DNA from: Psammoneis japonica
Taxonomy: Eukaryota
NCBI GenBank assembly: GCA_008632985.1
Contig: QPGO01000151.1
Span: 1-64,000, forward strand
Length of the DNA: 64,000 bases
Direction of reading: 5' to 3'
The position numbers were made by a program, and so were the translations under genes. Below, piece by piece: positions 22,599 to 36,500 of this stretch; within the stretch, counting starts at the first letter, position 1; every line of letters begins with the position of its first letter. Below the pieces are notes generated by a model that searched no databases, was not told where the DNA came from, and saw nothing but the letters and a program-made list of their open reading frames with translations.

Positions 22599-25500
22599 AT
22601 GAGCGGCCGACCGCCAGGAGATGCGTCCAAGTCGGGCAGAGGAGGCCGTGGAAGAGGAAGATCTGGAAGAGGTCGAGGTCGTAGTGCAAGACATAGTGGA
22701 AGAGTACGTGGTAGCAGTACAAAACAAAGCGGCAAAGGAGGTCGCGGTACTAGTCAGAGTAAGCCATCGGAGGCCAAGTCGGCCACTGGCGAGCCCTCTG
22801 ATCTCTCAGCGTCTGCGACTCCGTTTCAGCCTTCGACGGCACTTGAGACACAAAACAAAACGACAACCAAGAGAGAAGACAAGAAGCCAAAGAACAATAA
22901 AAATAATAAACCGCCGAAGAAGAATGAAAAGTCAGACAAGAAAAAAGCGAGCGCCGACGAAAAGCCAAAAACGAACAACAAAAAGAAAGAAAAGAAATCT
23001 GACAACAGCAAAACTTCAAAGAGCAAGTCTACAATTGGCACGCTGACGCCCTCTATTCCACCAAGTCAACCCCAAACAACCAACGACTTAAACTACGCAA
23101 AGGGCGAAAAGATAACAGTGTTGCACATTGCGGAGAAGCCCAGCATTGCGCAGGTAGGCGTTTCTAGGTCGATGCGTATTTTGCCACTCTTGTTCGTTGT
23201 TTTTGTTGCCTCACTATCGAACGTCCGCCTACATCTTTTGTTTTGCTAGGCAATTGCCAAGGGTCTTTCATCTGGATCGTTCAACAACAAGGGAGGCCGA
23301 TTGCCAGTGTTTGAGTTTACAGGTCCGGACTTTCCAAAGGCACCCATGGCCTCGAAATGCGTTCACAAAGTAAGCTCTGTCGCGGGCCATGTCTTTTCGG
23401 TGGACTTTCCGAGTCAATACCAGTCGTGGGATTCTGTTGATCCCGCCGAATTGTTTCATGCACCCATTGTTAAGAAGCCTTGTCAGGGGTCGGTGGTTAA
23501 GCACTTGCAGGACGAGGCGCGTGGAGTCAATTTTATCGTCCTTTGGAACGATTGTGATCGGTGAGTGTATTGCATTGTGTACGCTATTTTTTCCTTTCTC
23601 TGTTGGCCTCACTCTCATGCCTTCGTTGTTTTTCGCAGAGAGGGCGAAAACATCAATTTTGAAGTCCTGGATTGTTGTATGCATCTCATGAAAGCTGGTG
23701 GTGCTTCCAACTATGATCGTGTCTATCGAGCCTATTTTAGTGCCATTAATCCGTCTGATATCAAAAAAGCCTACGGATCACTGGGGAAGCCCGATAAGAA
23801 TCAAAGTCTCTCTGTGGACGCAAGGCAGGAATTAGATCTCAAAGTCGGGGTTGCATTTTCTCGATTCCAAACTCGCTTCTTTCAGGGAAGGTATGGTGAT
23901 CTAGATTCTGCTGTGCTGTCGTACGGGCCTTGTCAAACTCCCACGCTTGGCTTTTGTGTCCAGCGACATGTTGATATCGAAACCTTCAAACCCGAGCCTT
24001 ACTGGACGCTGGATCTTGGTGTCCTGAAGCGTGGGCGAATGTTTCGAGCTACATGGGGCTCCGGGCGCTCCTTTAATCAAAAGAAAGTACAGGCCCTCGT
24101 TGAGAAATGTACGGAGGCATCTCCGCCAAGTACAGTGACGGTCGCCTCTGTAGTAACAAAGGACAAGAAGCAAGGGAGACCAATACCTCTCAATACCGTC
24201 AACATGCTCAAGGCCTGCAGCAAGGCTCTGGGGATTGGGCCTCATTCTGCCATGCAAGCTGCCGAACAACTCTATCTTAGTGGATACTTGTCGTATCCGC
24301 GAACCGAATCTACAGCGTACCCCAAATCTTTTGATATCAATGGCGCTCTGCAATCTCAGACAAACGACAACCGCTGGGGAAGTTACGTGAGAGACCTGCT
24401 CAGGGAAGGGCCCAACAAGTCTAGAGGCGGAGTCGACATGGGAGACCACCCTCCCATTACACCGTGCCGTGCTGCCGGTGCTGGAGAATTGTCAGGAGAC
24501 CGTGCAAGGGTGTATGACTTGGTGGTTCGTCATTTCATTGCCTCTGTTAGTCAAGACGCTGTATGGCGATCGACGCGAGTAGACTTTGAAATTGAAGCAC
24601 TAGCAGAACAGGGACATTTTACCATTAGTGGCAAGGAGGTACGTTCACTGCTCATTGATGCTGTTCCCGTCACTTACGAATGTGCTCATAGCGCGTACAT
24701 TTTTCGTCGTGCTCTACCACAGATTGTCACCCTGGTTTTCTCGCCGTTGTGCTCCACAAAGAGTACGGCGACGAAGCTGAAAACGACAAAGCTGACGACG
24801 AGGAAGAACGGGCGATACCTGAGTTTGTGAAAGGTGAAGAAATTCCAATATTCCAGCAATCTTCTTCGTCCTCGACAAAAGTAGCTGTTGCTTCCGGTGC
24901 GCCGTGTTGGGCATCGCTCGGTGTCAAGGAGCGATTAACAACTCCGCCGTCGCACCTTACCGAATCTGAGCTAATTGGGTTGATGGAAAGAACGGAATTG
25001 GGACTGACGCGAGCATCGCAACGCACATTGAGAATATTATCAAAAGAAACTACGTCCAGCTGGAAAATGGAAGGCGATTGCATCCGTCGAAACTCGGCCT
25101 TGTATTATGCCAGGGATACCATCAAATTGATGCTTCACTCGTGCTCCCCCAAGTTCGATCTGATATCGAAAACCAATGCAGCCGTATTGCGAAAGGTCTC
25201 GCATCCAAGGTAAGCAGCTTACTTTGAAGCGCCGGTCGTGTCGCTTGAATCGTCTGACAGTAGCTTACAGATGCATTGCTTGTGGTTGAAACTGAAGGAG
25301 GATGTGGTAAAGCGTGCAATCGAAATTTTCGGAGCTAAGTTTGACTTCTTTGTGAAGAATATAGCTCGAATGGACGTGCTGTTCGGGTCGTCCTTCGCCA
25401 AGCTTGAGGATGTAGGTAAATCTTTTACACGATGTGGCTTTACAAGGTAAGATGACTTCAGTCGCAGCTTTTCTGCTTTCTTATTCTTTGCAAGTAGCCT

Positions 25501-26276
25501 CAACAATCGCCGCACTTTCGTTCAGACGCTATCTACAGTACATTATTGGCCCGCCGACTCGGTTGTACAACAAGTACACAGAAACCGTCTATCCTCTTCC
25601 TGGCGGTGGTATTATCAAGCAGTGGACAGGAAGAAAGTGTTCGGTCGAGGGATGCAACTTCGAGCTCTGTCTTTATTCCGTGGGACAGCCTGAAAGGACA
25701 TTTCCATTGTGCCCGAACTGCTTCAACGATCCGAAGCCTGAATGGGGTCCTGTGCCAGGTGACGATGATGCTGACAGAGCACCTGGCCTTGACGAGGAAG
25801 ACGAGAAGAAAGAACGACAAATTCGGAGGGTTGGAGGGAAATCGCTCATCCTGGAATGTCCCCATCCGGACAAGCATCCTTTGATCAGCGAAATGACCGT
25901 TAGTCCCGATCCTGATAGTGATGGTGTTTTCATTTTAGATCCGCATTTTGGTCCGAAGTGGCGTCTGGTATCAACCAGAAGTCCCACCATAATACATCTT
26001 CCGAAAAGCATTGACAAAGTGTCTATTCTTGATAGAAAGGACGATGTCTTGGGTGTGAATCTCATGCAAATTAATTTCAAATCTGGAGAATCTCCTTTTG
26101 ATGATGGGAAAACCAAGCACGTGTGCTGTTTCCCGACAGATGAGGTTATGCAGAGCATTGTGCGAGTCTATCATGGCTCTGAACGTACAAAAGCGAGCGG
26201 CAGAGGCGGCCGTGGACGAGGTAGAGGTCGTCGCGCTGCTGGACGCGGTGGCAGGGGAAGAAAAGGCGGGAGATAG
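22599..26276 (+). CDS. TOP3B: DNA/RNA topoisomerase III beta, multi-exon
   Basis: IAEKPSIA Toprim, DCDREGENI, SYGPCQTPTLGF, catalytic SYPRTES, DHPPITP, GIGTDASI, C-terminal Cys motifs and RGG tail; five introns; 1-nt deletions near 24730 and 24988. Confidence 0.93.
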
Positions 26277-26396
26277 TACCCTATCATAGCACCTCTGAGG
26301 CCGAGAGTGCAACAAAGCGTGACGTAACGCACACTAAAAATGGCAAAGTTAAAACGCTACTCAAAGTTCATCCCACCTCCCCGGGCGAAAATCTTG

Positions 26397-29300
26397 CTAG
26401 TCACTATCATCATCGAAAACGAACGGCTTAACGGCGGTGGGTTCCTCATCTTCGACTTTATTTCCAAAAACATCGTCGTCATCATCGGAGGAGTCTTCAC
26501 TTACAACCTTGCGGAATCTATGCTTCGGTTTCTCCTCTTCGGCCTTAGCATTAGTAGCATCATCGCCTTCTTCACTTTCTTTGTCGTCCACCGACTTATT
26601 CTCTGCAGAGGATTTTTCCGAAGGAGACGAAGCGACGTCACTTTTGAGTTCGTTGCCGGGCGAACTACTCTCGCTCTCGTCGTCACTGTCATCGCTTACG
26701 TCGGTCTTTCGTTTCTTAGTTGGAGTGCGTGTCTCTTTCTCTCCTTCGCCATCTTCCTCATCATCTGAGCTATTGTCCGAGCTTTCAACGGGTGCTTTCC
26801 GTTTCTTAGAACGACGAGCCTTTTTCTTCTTCTTCTTCTTGAGGCGAGACAGAATAGCTGGTGTTTCATCGTTGGACATATCATCAACCCATTCAGTTTC
26901 TTCTTCAATAGCATTGGATGGTCCACTTTCTGAACTGGCTCCAGGAGCATCGTCCGTGGGGCTTCCGTCGTTGTCGCTGTCATGAGCATCGCTTTCGAGG
27001 CGCCTTCTCTCGTCCAGAAGGAACTCGCGTTCGGCAATCATTCGCAGTTCCTCGTTTACATAGCTGTTGGTCGAGAGCTCACAGAACCGATGAGGGATGG
27101 GGTGTCGAAAAAGGCACTCAACGTGGAGTAAAGGGTTCTTCTCGGCCGCCGCAGCAAAATTGCTCATGACAGAAGACGCGAAAGAGAGCGTTGTGACGTA
27201 GTCCTTGTCGTTCCTGATGCTGGAGTCGTTGAGGATCTGTTCGAGAACGACAAACATTTGTATGTGATACAACATGGGTTCCAACGTAACTGTCTTGCTT
27301 GCCAAGAGGAGTTGCGCGGGATCAACGTCGTCCTCGTCGTTCTTGGTTTCCTCTTTGGACGCAATTGTCATCTTTCGAATCCGCTGCAAGAGCGCAATGA
27401 CTCGATGGTTCACACTTGGTGCATTGACAGCGTACTGCGACAAGAGGTGCGTATACAGGAACACAACATGGTTCGAAACGATTCTTCGAGACATGTACGA
27501 CGTCAGATCAAACTCGGATGCCACTTCCTTCATACGAGATACTGCGTCTTTCTTCTTCTTGTCCATGTTGGAAGCCTTGCCTGACTCATTAGGCTTTTCT
27601 ACGCAAGCCTTAGCATTCAGTTCCAGTAGCTTCAATGAAACGTGGCAGAGCTCCACCAAATCACACGCATACTCCCTCGTAGAGGATCCAGGAGTCCATT
27701 TCGAGAGCAGCTTGGGTAGACGATCGAGCGGTTCGTTCCCGTAGAAGAGACGGTCCAAAAGACCCAACGCCATCAAGTTCTCCGTCGAGTCTGACGACCG
27801 GTACATCTCGAAGAGCATATTCATCATCTCATTATACAATGCGACGGTCTGAGCCAGTTGCGAGTGCTTCTTGTGAAGCAGAAAGGTATCGGCTGCATTC
27901 AGAACCAGGTTGAAGGTGAATACATCCATGGTAAAGATCATTTGTCCCACAGCGTTCGTGGCATCATCAGGACCGGGAACTGCATTATTTTCAGAAGACG
28001 GGTCGGTTGCCTTTCTTCCAGGTCCAGACACGCGCCACCACTGGCAAAAGAACCACACAATCCTGAAAAAGACAACTTTATCGCCTTCCTCAAGACGAAC
28101 CGAATCCCTACGGAACTCGTTCTTGAGGCTCTTCATAACCGGACCGTAACAATCTTTGACGAAACGACAACAAAAGTTGTGAATGGACTTCTGGGCACGA
28201 GCTGCCGTGAGGCTTTCTTGTGTGGCAATACTGGACCTTGTATGAGACGCCAAGGTTTTGCCAGAACCAATAAAGGGTTCGGACTTGCGATTCTTTCGTT
28301 TCTTGGCTTCTGGTGGTGCCACCTGCTTGTTCCCCAAAACTGCAGATCGAAATTGCTGCTTGCCTCCCTGGCGTTTCGAGACGAGCGTGCCTCCAAAGTG
28401 CGAATGTCGCGTCGTGGCAATTCCGCTAAATCGCTGTTTCTCTCGGCTGAGCTGAGCCCGGAGGCTGTCCGAGCCGTTGTTCGCAATAGATCTACTCGAA
28501 TAAGCAACTGTCTTTTTGCCACCGCCTGAACGAGCCGCGTTCTCTTTTCCTTTCACAGTTTTGGTAGACCGCTCCTTGATAGATCGGGCAACACTGGTGG
28601 GATCCTGATACCGTATAAGAGGAAGTATTTTGTGATTACGAGAGTTCTGAATCATAAATCAGCACAACCGTGTATACTCACCTGATTTCTTAGCAAATGA
28701 TGCAATAGCTCCATCATGAGCAAATTGTAAGGAGCGTTTTCACGCAGCTCCATTTCTTGAGCAATAACTAGAATGATCTCTAGCACCAGCTCTCGTTCAA
28801 AAAGAGAAATCAATTCCTGATGTAGTTTAATGTTTCGATGAGATGTCTCGGGCGAACCTAAAGAATAGAGAGCACACGTTAGTCACACGTTAGTCACAAG
28901 CCATGAGGCGACTTATGCGGCATTGCCGCATTTTCACTTACCCTTGAGAAGTGGTTCCGCACTCAAAAGATTCCGAAACAAGTGAAGAACAAGCTCAATC
29001 GTGAGATGATCCGTGTCTGTGCGAGATGTTCCAGTTTTCGATAAAGGCTCAGCCAACAGCGAGACAAAGACGGATAAAAGACCTCCTTGTTCGTCCCCCT
29101 TTTTCGGCGTCAAGTGAGATGAGTGATGCGCCACGGCCCGCTTATATTCCATAAGTATTTCGCTTTGAGCGATAGCGTTCTCACGAAGCTTGATCTGTTC
29201 CTTGACGACACTTACAAAACAAAAGAGGAGAATCGCGGTGAGACTCTTGACGCAATTTTCGAAACCATACGTCGTGAAAGAATCGTAAGGACTCACCTCG

Positions 29301-29751
29301 GCGGGAACTTTCGACTCTTTGTGTCAATTACCATTCGACCTGCCCTCTTGGCGTTCTCGCTAAGTGGTTTTGTGAGAATCACTAGAATTTTGACAATTGT
29401 AAGAACCATCGGAGTATCGTAGCGACAACTCATGACGAGAGGCAAGAGTTTCTGCTGCACCACTTTCCACTTGCCAATCAAAAGACTTATTGGTCGGTAA
29501 GAGTCATCATCACGACGCAGTGCTCGCTGCAGATCTTGTAGCCAGTTGAGACAGTCGGTGACGGGCACGAGCTGCTCGTCGTTGGAGGGATCTTTGGTAG
29601 TCGATCCAATCACACCGCATACCAGAAGAAGCTCGTCGACCACGTCCTTTTCTACAGACATTCGCTTGCTCAGACCCGAATCTTCAAAGGGAGTCACTGC
29701 GGCCGTGGCCTTGCCACGTGCGACCGGAGGCGTCCTCGATGTCGTTGCCAT
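26397..29751 (-). CDS. Timeless/Tof1/Swi1-family replication fork protection protein, multi-exon
   Basis: DCLNWLQDLQRALRRDD...W.VVQQKLLPL...KILVILTKP; IELVLHLFRNLL; TRHSHFGGT; acidic/basic tail; GT-AG introns in 28640-29296. Confidence 0.88.
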
Positions 29752-30098
29752 CTTCACCTCGCTTCTGAATGTGAGAGTTGTTGTTTTGCCTCCGCCATGA
29801 GCGTACTTCTCTCACCGTAGAATCAGTACTGAATCCTACGCATAGAAAATGGCGCGCCACGAGATGACAGACTAGACGTCCGCCCGCCGCAAGACAGACA
29901 GACCGCAACAGACAATCCCGCGCGCGCGCGCCCCAGCACGCGCGGGCACCCCCGCCCAAGCAAGCAAAAAAGTGAGGGAAGCGTTCGGTGGCATGGCGCC
30001 AGGTTCAAGTTGGAAGTTGGCACGATCCCACATTGCTTTCTGTCATCTGCGAATTATTCATCATGAGCAATTCGAAGAAAGAACAGCAGTTTAGCACA

Positions 30099-31954
30099 AT
30101 GATGGAGCGACTTTGATTGCATTCATAATTTTTGTGTTGTTACGTAGTTCTTCTTGCTATGAAATTGGTTGCGTGTATCCCGATCTCATGCCGGAACCGT
30201 TCTTTGCTCGCGGTAGGTTGGTCGCGCTTACGGATGTTTATAGCCCGTTGAGCGGCTTGGAGACACCCATGGTCGTTCACAAGGGATTGGCTTTTTCCTA
30301 CTGTGGTGTCAATTGTCTGGCTCATCACGACTCGGCTGTACTCAACGCGTTTGACATGGCTCGGCCTCGCCTGGTTGTACCGCCGGAAATTGGGCACAAC
30401 TCGTGGAGTCGCATGATGTGCATTGCTCAGTGTTATGGCATATTCATTGCTCAAGCTGGAAACAACGAAGCGCTGCAGGCGGTAGCAGATAGTTGGCAGT
30501 TACCAATTCGGCAAACTATTGAACCAGAAATTACTCAAAACTACGAAAGTAATTATGATGCTGTCATCGAGTACATTTCCTCGGGTTCGTCCATTACCGA
30601 AGAAGTAGAAGTCGAAAGGCAATTCGATGTCACGTACCATGCGTACGATCCCTTGAAAATTGGTCGCTTGGTTGCACACGAAATCATTGTGAACATGGCA
30701 AAAGATGGCTGGAACTCGAATGGAGACTTGGTGTTTGATCCCACCACCGGCGAAGCGGAGCAATGTACCGCAAATTGTGTCAAATATCGGGACACGTACG
30801 GCTACTTGCCTCGCAATTGGCCTCAGATTATCCCTCAGGACGAAAAGTATAATATCACTGGCAACAGAATGTACTGGCAACCATTAATGGAAGACGACGG
30901 AAGGGGTTTCATGTTTCGGCAGGAGCACGTGGTGCCGCATATTGGTTTCAATGCTCAGTTCAAGCTGCGAGATCCGTCTACCGTGTCGCTTCCGGATCCG
31001 GAATACAACTATTATGAAGAAGCTCTTTTGGTTTTAAGTAGGCTTAAGGATTCTGCAATGAATTTATCAAAATGGGACAAGATCACATTCTACGATAAGA
31101 AGTTCTTGGTTCGGATATTAATTCAAACCTCTATGAGAGGTGGGTTCCGCCAACAATACAGGTTTGAAGACGAGCTCATGTTTATTTACGGGATTTCAGT
31201 AGCCGAACACGATGCCGTGTTGCATTCTTGGCGTGAAAAGGTATTGAAAGATCTGGTGCGTCCCACTACGGTTATTCAACAATGGGGCAATGATGAGGTG
31301 GAAACGTTTGACGGCAACTTTAAGTCCCCAGGAGTCGCAACCATCAAGGCTCGCGACTTTCAAGCCTTTGTTCGAGTCATGCCACACTCTGAATATCCTT
31401 CTGGTTCGTCGTGTATATGTACTGCCTATCAGGAGTTCACCGATGCCTTTACTTCTCAGTATCTCAACACCTCCAATTTGACAAATATATTCTGGGGATT
31501 CGGCGGAGTGGATCTGGGATGCTTCAAGGGCCATGGACCTTCGGAGTTGTTGGGTTGTAAGCACACGGGAGGGTTTCAGATTGGAACCATGTTAGACCTT
31601 GCCAGGGAGTGTGGTCAATCGAGGTTATGGGGAGGCATGCACTTCACGGCAAGTGTGCCGGCAGGGGAAGAGCTGTGCAGCGGGTTAGGTGAACTAGGAC
31701 TTGCTTCTATGCTTGAAATCATCAATGAGTCGACATTTGGTCAAACGCACAAGCAGCGAGACGAGCGTCCCGTTTGTAGTCTAGGACCGCGACCAGCACC
31801 GCCCCCAATCACACCTGCAACACCTCAAGAAATTCCGGCCACAGGTCCATTGGCAAACGAAGGCGACAACGCGAGTGCAGCTTGGACCATTTCCGCAGGA
31901 CTTTCCTCGTTAATATATTTACTGTTTCTGACTGTGGCAGCTCTGGTCTTCTAA
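30099..31954 (+). CDS. Vanadium-dependent haloperoxidase-like / PAP2-superfamily protein with signal peptide and C-terminal hydrophobic anchor
   Basis: KVLKDLVRP, HSEYPSGS, SRLWGGMHF motifs; ATG 30099 needs one extra T at ~30112 to join the ORF; Pro-rich linker then hydrophobic end. Confidence 0.82.
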
Positions 31955-32459
31955 AGTCTTTCGCTTTTGTTGCGGATGGAAAATAAGAAGAAACGCCTTG
32001 GAACTTCACTGCTTAAACGGAGAATAGATGGAAAGTCAAAGCAGCCGCTGGGTTGATGACGAGCGTCCTCATTCATGAAGGCGCTATGGATTGCTCAACG
32101 CGAGAAGCTGCTTTCACTTATGGACCATCCCCAGATTATAGACCTGTTGGGTGCAAATGGGTTGTGTACAAATTCAAATCCAACGTCAATCAAAATGTGG
32201 ACATCTCGGCACAAATCTCTAACGATGTTCTTTCCCGTGGCGAATCCCGCAAATTCATAAGCGCAAGCTTGAGGGCAAAAGTCTGGAGGTGTTTCGGGGA
32301 CCTGCAGAAGCGTTCTGGACGAAAAACGAACCCTTTCTGGTGTTTCCGTAAAGGTCGGGAAGTGGCACACGCTCAACCTGAAATTCATTACAGGCGGATT
32401 CATTCAATCTATGCTCGGTCAGTGTGTTCCCAACGAGAAGCAGCGATCAACTGACGTTG

Positions 32460-33037
32460 TTTGCAAAGTGTGATTGGAGCAATAGTGCCAAAGAAGCCAG
32501 TGATCCCTCTGTGAGACACGATGCAGTTCTAGAGGGTGGCGTGGTGGCCAAGGGGGGGGGGGGGGGGGAAGTCAACGTCTTTTGGTTGTCATGGGGTTGA
32601 TCTTGGTATTTTGGAAGAAATGGACGAGGCATCTGTCGTCTGATAAGGTTTGAAGATATAAATATTGAGAACAGCGGATACAGTGTTTTGTTGGTGGGGG
32701 TGATGACGTGTGGTGGGTAGGGCTCGACTACAGTACCTTGACCTTCAACGTTGGCGGCTGGGGTGACCAAAGATTCGAACACAAGGTGGTTGTGTCTGAC
32801 AAGTTTATTGGAAAGTTCGACAACATTGAGTACCGCTTTAATGGAACAGCGGCGCCAGAGAAGCGCTTAGCTATCCGCTACAACGATGGCGCCTGGGTCG
32901 AAGGCGGGTGGAAGAACGCAAAGTAGCGGCGCACCTTTGTATCGAACAATGAAGTTTGTATCAATGACAGTTGCCGTGCTGATTGGGACGAACAAAACGG
33001 AAAACTCGGTCCAGTTCATTTCTATGCCAACCTGTGA
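32460..33037 (+). pseudogene. Disrupted paralog of the C-terminal domain of the LRR gene at 1860-2486
   Basis: GVDLG, RFEDINI, FNVGGWG, FDNIEY, RLAIRYNDGAWVEGGW, IND..RADWD..N..LG align with the LRR tail; TAG at 32924 where the paralog has Trp; frameshift ~32640; G18 run 32551-32568. Confidence 0.88.
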
Positions 33038-33519
33038 GACTGAAGAACGCTCTATGATCTTCCACCGACCACCATGCCATGCAAAAGGGACGGCTGATAA
33101 GTTCCTATTGCTGCCCGCTCATGGTGATTTCGAAGAAAATCCTAGCCTATGCACATTGCTCATGGATCTGTGAGGTAGGAATATTTAAAAGCCAAGTTTC
33201 ATTTTTCAATTTTACACTGTTTGTGCTCGTAGGTTTCCAGACGCACCGTCAGCTGTCACTAACGTTGCTGGTGTTCGTTCCTCATCCCTTGTGACATGAT
33301 GTGTGTGTATGATGTGTAGCAAGAAAAGGTCAAGAGCCGAAGAGACATCGACGAGACTATAAGGGAATCGAGAACCCAACCCAAGAAGATCGCAAACCGG
33401 TTCGAAGCCAACAAGAAAAATGAGAACGTGGCTGAGAAAGAGTGTGGAAACGAGAAGAAGGACGAGAACAAGAATGCCAACAACCTGGAAGGCCACTTTG
33501 TTGTTGGCATTAGACTGGT

Positions 33520-36500
33520 GATGACATGAGGAAAACTGTGGTGAAGCAGTGAACATGCTGAGAATGGGGGGTCTTCAAAGTGAAAATTGACCCGACCGCA
33601 CACCGTGCAGCCCTCATGAGCAGCCACTGCTTCTGGAGGGGGTCTCTGATTTTGTAAATCCGGGCCTGATGGACACCGCACCCATTGTTCCAACATTTTT
33701 GTTTGGGAATCACCGCAGATGAGAATCTGGCAGTGTGCCCCAGCTGCTGCCGGCATTTGGGACAACGCAAAACCCTCTGTGTGGCCTGTGGTGAGCACCA
33801 GCACTGTGCTTTGTTCTCAACCACACTCACAAGTGTGCTGCATGTGCTGTGCATGTTTCGTCTTTTCTTTGTGGCATCTGGTTGACATGTTGGTGTCAAG
33901 GCAGCACAAGCCACTGCTGGATTTGACGAACTTGCCCCCACACAGGCACTTTTGCTGTGCCATTTAAAGACATTTTTGCATGACTGGCTGACATGTGCAA
34001 CTCAGCATTTCCATTTCAGCAATGTGGAAGGCAACATTGGCAACCCATCCCTGTTTGGGTGCTGGTGTTGCACCTCTCCTTGCCTGGGATGGTTTTCTTT
34101 GAAATTTGCGTGCTTGCTTGTCTTGCCAGTCATGGAGTGGATGCTCTGAGCCACTCCTCTGGTTGGTGCTGTGCATGTGAGCAGTTGCCAGCAGATCATT
34201 GCTCATAAATGCACCAGGTGTTGTTGGCTGGTTGTCCAACAGGGCCCAAGTTCATTGGTTTGTGGCAGCTCATGGCAGCTCATTTTTTGTGTGGTGGGCC
34301 CTGCCTCTTCATGTGTGGCACAGCAGAGGAGCTGGAAATCCAGGGAATCTGGTGCTGCATTGTTGAACTCTCTGCTTCCAAGTGCTGCACTGAAGTTGGC
34401 TGCTTCCACCTTTTTGTTCTTTGAACATTTGTTCAAAAGCAGCAACCTGCTCTTTTTGCCAAGTTGGTGGCATGCAACACAATCTAGAAACTTTCACTTC
34501 TGTGCTTGTTTGTTTTCCTTTCTTTCATTTCTGCCTGTTGGTGTTCTTGAGTGCCACTCCATCATTTCTCTGTTTGTGTGCTGGCAACCAGTGTTTTCTC
34601 TTCTTCCTTCCAACTCACGAGCATTGTGTGCAGGTGCAGATGTTGATCATTTCCAAGCGCAAAATTGTCAAGATGGCTTCTTTTTCAATCCACCACACAT
34701 GGTGCTTGTAATCTGCACCTGGCAGCAGAAATGCCACAGACAAGTGTGCCTTTTTTTTTCCAACTCTCTGATTTTTCAGCATCATCAACTGCCCTCCCTG
34801 GGTCAACTCCTGCAGGAAAAAGACAGGTCCATCAAAGCAATGTTCACAATGAAAGTGTGACATCTCTGACATGAGGGGTGTGACTGCAAGGGCAGGAGGA
34901 GCATTTTTCATCCAAAAGCACAAGACAACATCCTCAAATCATGTGCTGGTGGTGGCCAAATCACAAAGTCACAAGCTCAACAAGAGCCAAAATGATGCCA
35001 GTGAGATCAAGGAAGTTGAGAGACCTGGAAAATCTCAAACCTCAGCTGCAAATGGGTCTGGAGGCAACAAGAAAAATGAAGCAAAAGAGCACTGCCAACA
35101 AGAACATAAAAAGCAACAGTGTCACCTGCGCTGGCAAAAATGTTTGCAAACTGCAAGCAAAGCAGTGAAAGTGGCAAAGAAGAGCAGCACCTCACTCTTG
35201 CACACCCAAGGATTTTCCAACATCTGAGGTGTTCCCAAAAACTCAAACTGGACAAATGTGGAAATCAGGTGCCAATCTCACCAAGGTTTGGCTCCAGTGG
35301 TCATGTCTGGGCATGTGTGCTCAGCAGCCTCTTCTGTGCAAACTTGCAAATGCAGCTGGTGGGAAGATCTGCACAAACTTGTGTCAGAAACCTGCTTGCA
35401 CAAGCTGCAAGAGGCAGTGCTGCTGGGCGCAGCTTTGAAAAACAGCGTGCACAAAATTGAACACACAGAGGACACAAAACACAAGCACTCATCAACACTT
35501 CTTGTCAATGATGCCGCTTTGCACATCACAGCAACAATCTCCCCAGTTGCCTGGCGCTGGGCTTTCAAAGGCATCAAAAGGCTCCACATTGAAGAATTGC
35601 AGCCTTGCAAGCAAACAAATGATGCAAATGATTTGAGCGGTGCCACCAGCCACCACTGCCAACAGCCACACCAAAACACCAGCAGCGGCAACAGCTCCTG
35701 AGTCAGGAGGCAGGAGGAATGGCTGTCTCACAACAATTTCTCAGCCTTGTTGTTGTGTGAAAGCATGGAACAAAAATTGTGGTGCAGGGGTTGCCAACAG
35801 GAGCTGTGGCTGCCATGGATCCCTTCAGGATTCTCCCATGCACAGTCTGCAGCTTGTGATTGAAACAATGTTGACACACAAGATGTCGACGTCAACCACA
35901 TCTGGACAATCTGTTGCAACTGGATTCTCTAAAATGCCTTTCCTCTGCAGGAGCAGCACAAATGCTTTGGGCCATTGAGAACACCATCGGAGAATCCCAC
36001 ATGCAAAATGCGATCTCACAATTTCCACTTTTTGTGTGACTTGTTCTGCTTCTGTTTGTGCTTGTTCTTCAAGCACAGGAGTGCACAGCATTTTCTTTTG
36101 AGGTGGGAAAATGCAGCATGAACTTCATGCAGAGCAAAAATGTGCAGAAAGAAGGAGGTGATCCAGTGCAGCTCACTGCAACAAATGAGCTGCCACAATG
36201 TGCCAGTGTTTGGGACTTGTCTTCTGCCAGCAAAGAGCGCCACACAACATGTTCACATGACTTCCTCAACATGTCTCTTGGGCAGCAGCAGGAGACATTG
36301 AACTTCACATGGCTTTGGCAGGAAAGTCTTTTGTGCTGCCCACTTTGTCTGACTGTCCCATGCCAAAAAGCACCCGTGGCATTGAAAAACAAAAATCCAC
36401 TTTTGTGGCAGCAGAAGAAAGTTTCTGGTGTGAAAATGCCGTGTTGCCACCCATCACAACAAGCGTGCATTTCAGATGTTGACATCCTTCAGATCATTTT

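Noticed and set aside
28873..28897. 11-bp direct duplication ACACGTTAGTC in a Timeless intron
   Set aside because: Small slippage duplication with no further structure.
22599..29751. TOP3B, Timeless (and TDP2, HDAC) as a functional gene cluster behind the hypermutation
   Set aside because: They are ordinary conserved eukaryotic genes interspersed with unrelated ones; no evidence of linkage.
29915..29950. (CG)n run in the divergent promoter region
   Set aside because: Short simple repeat; no function can be supported from the sequence.
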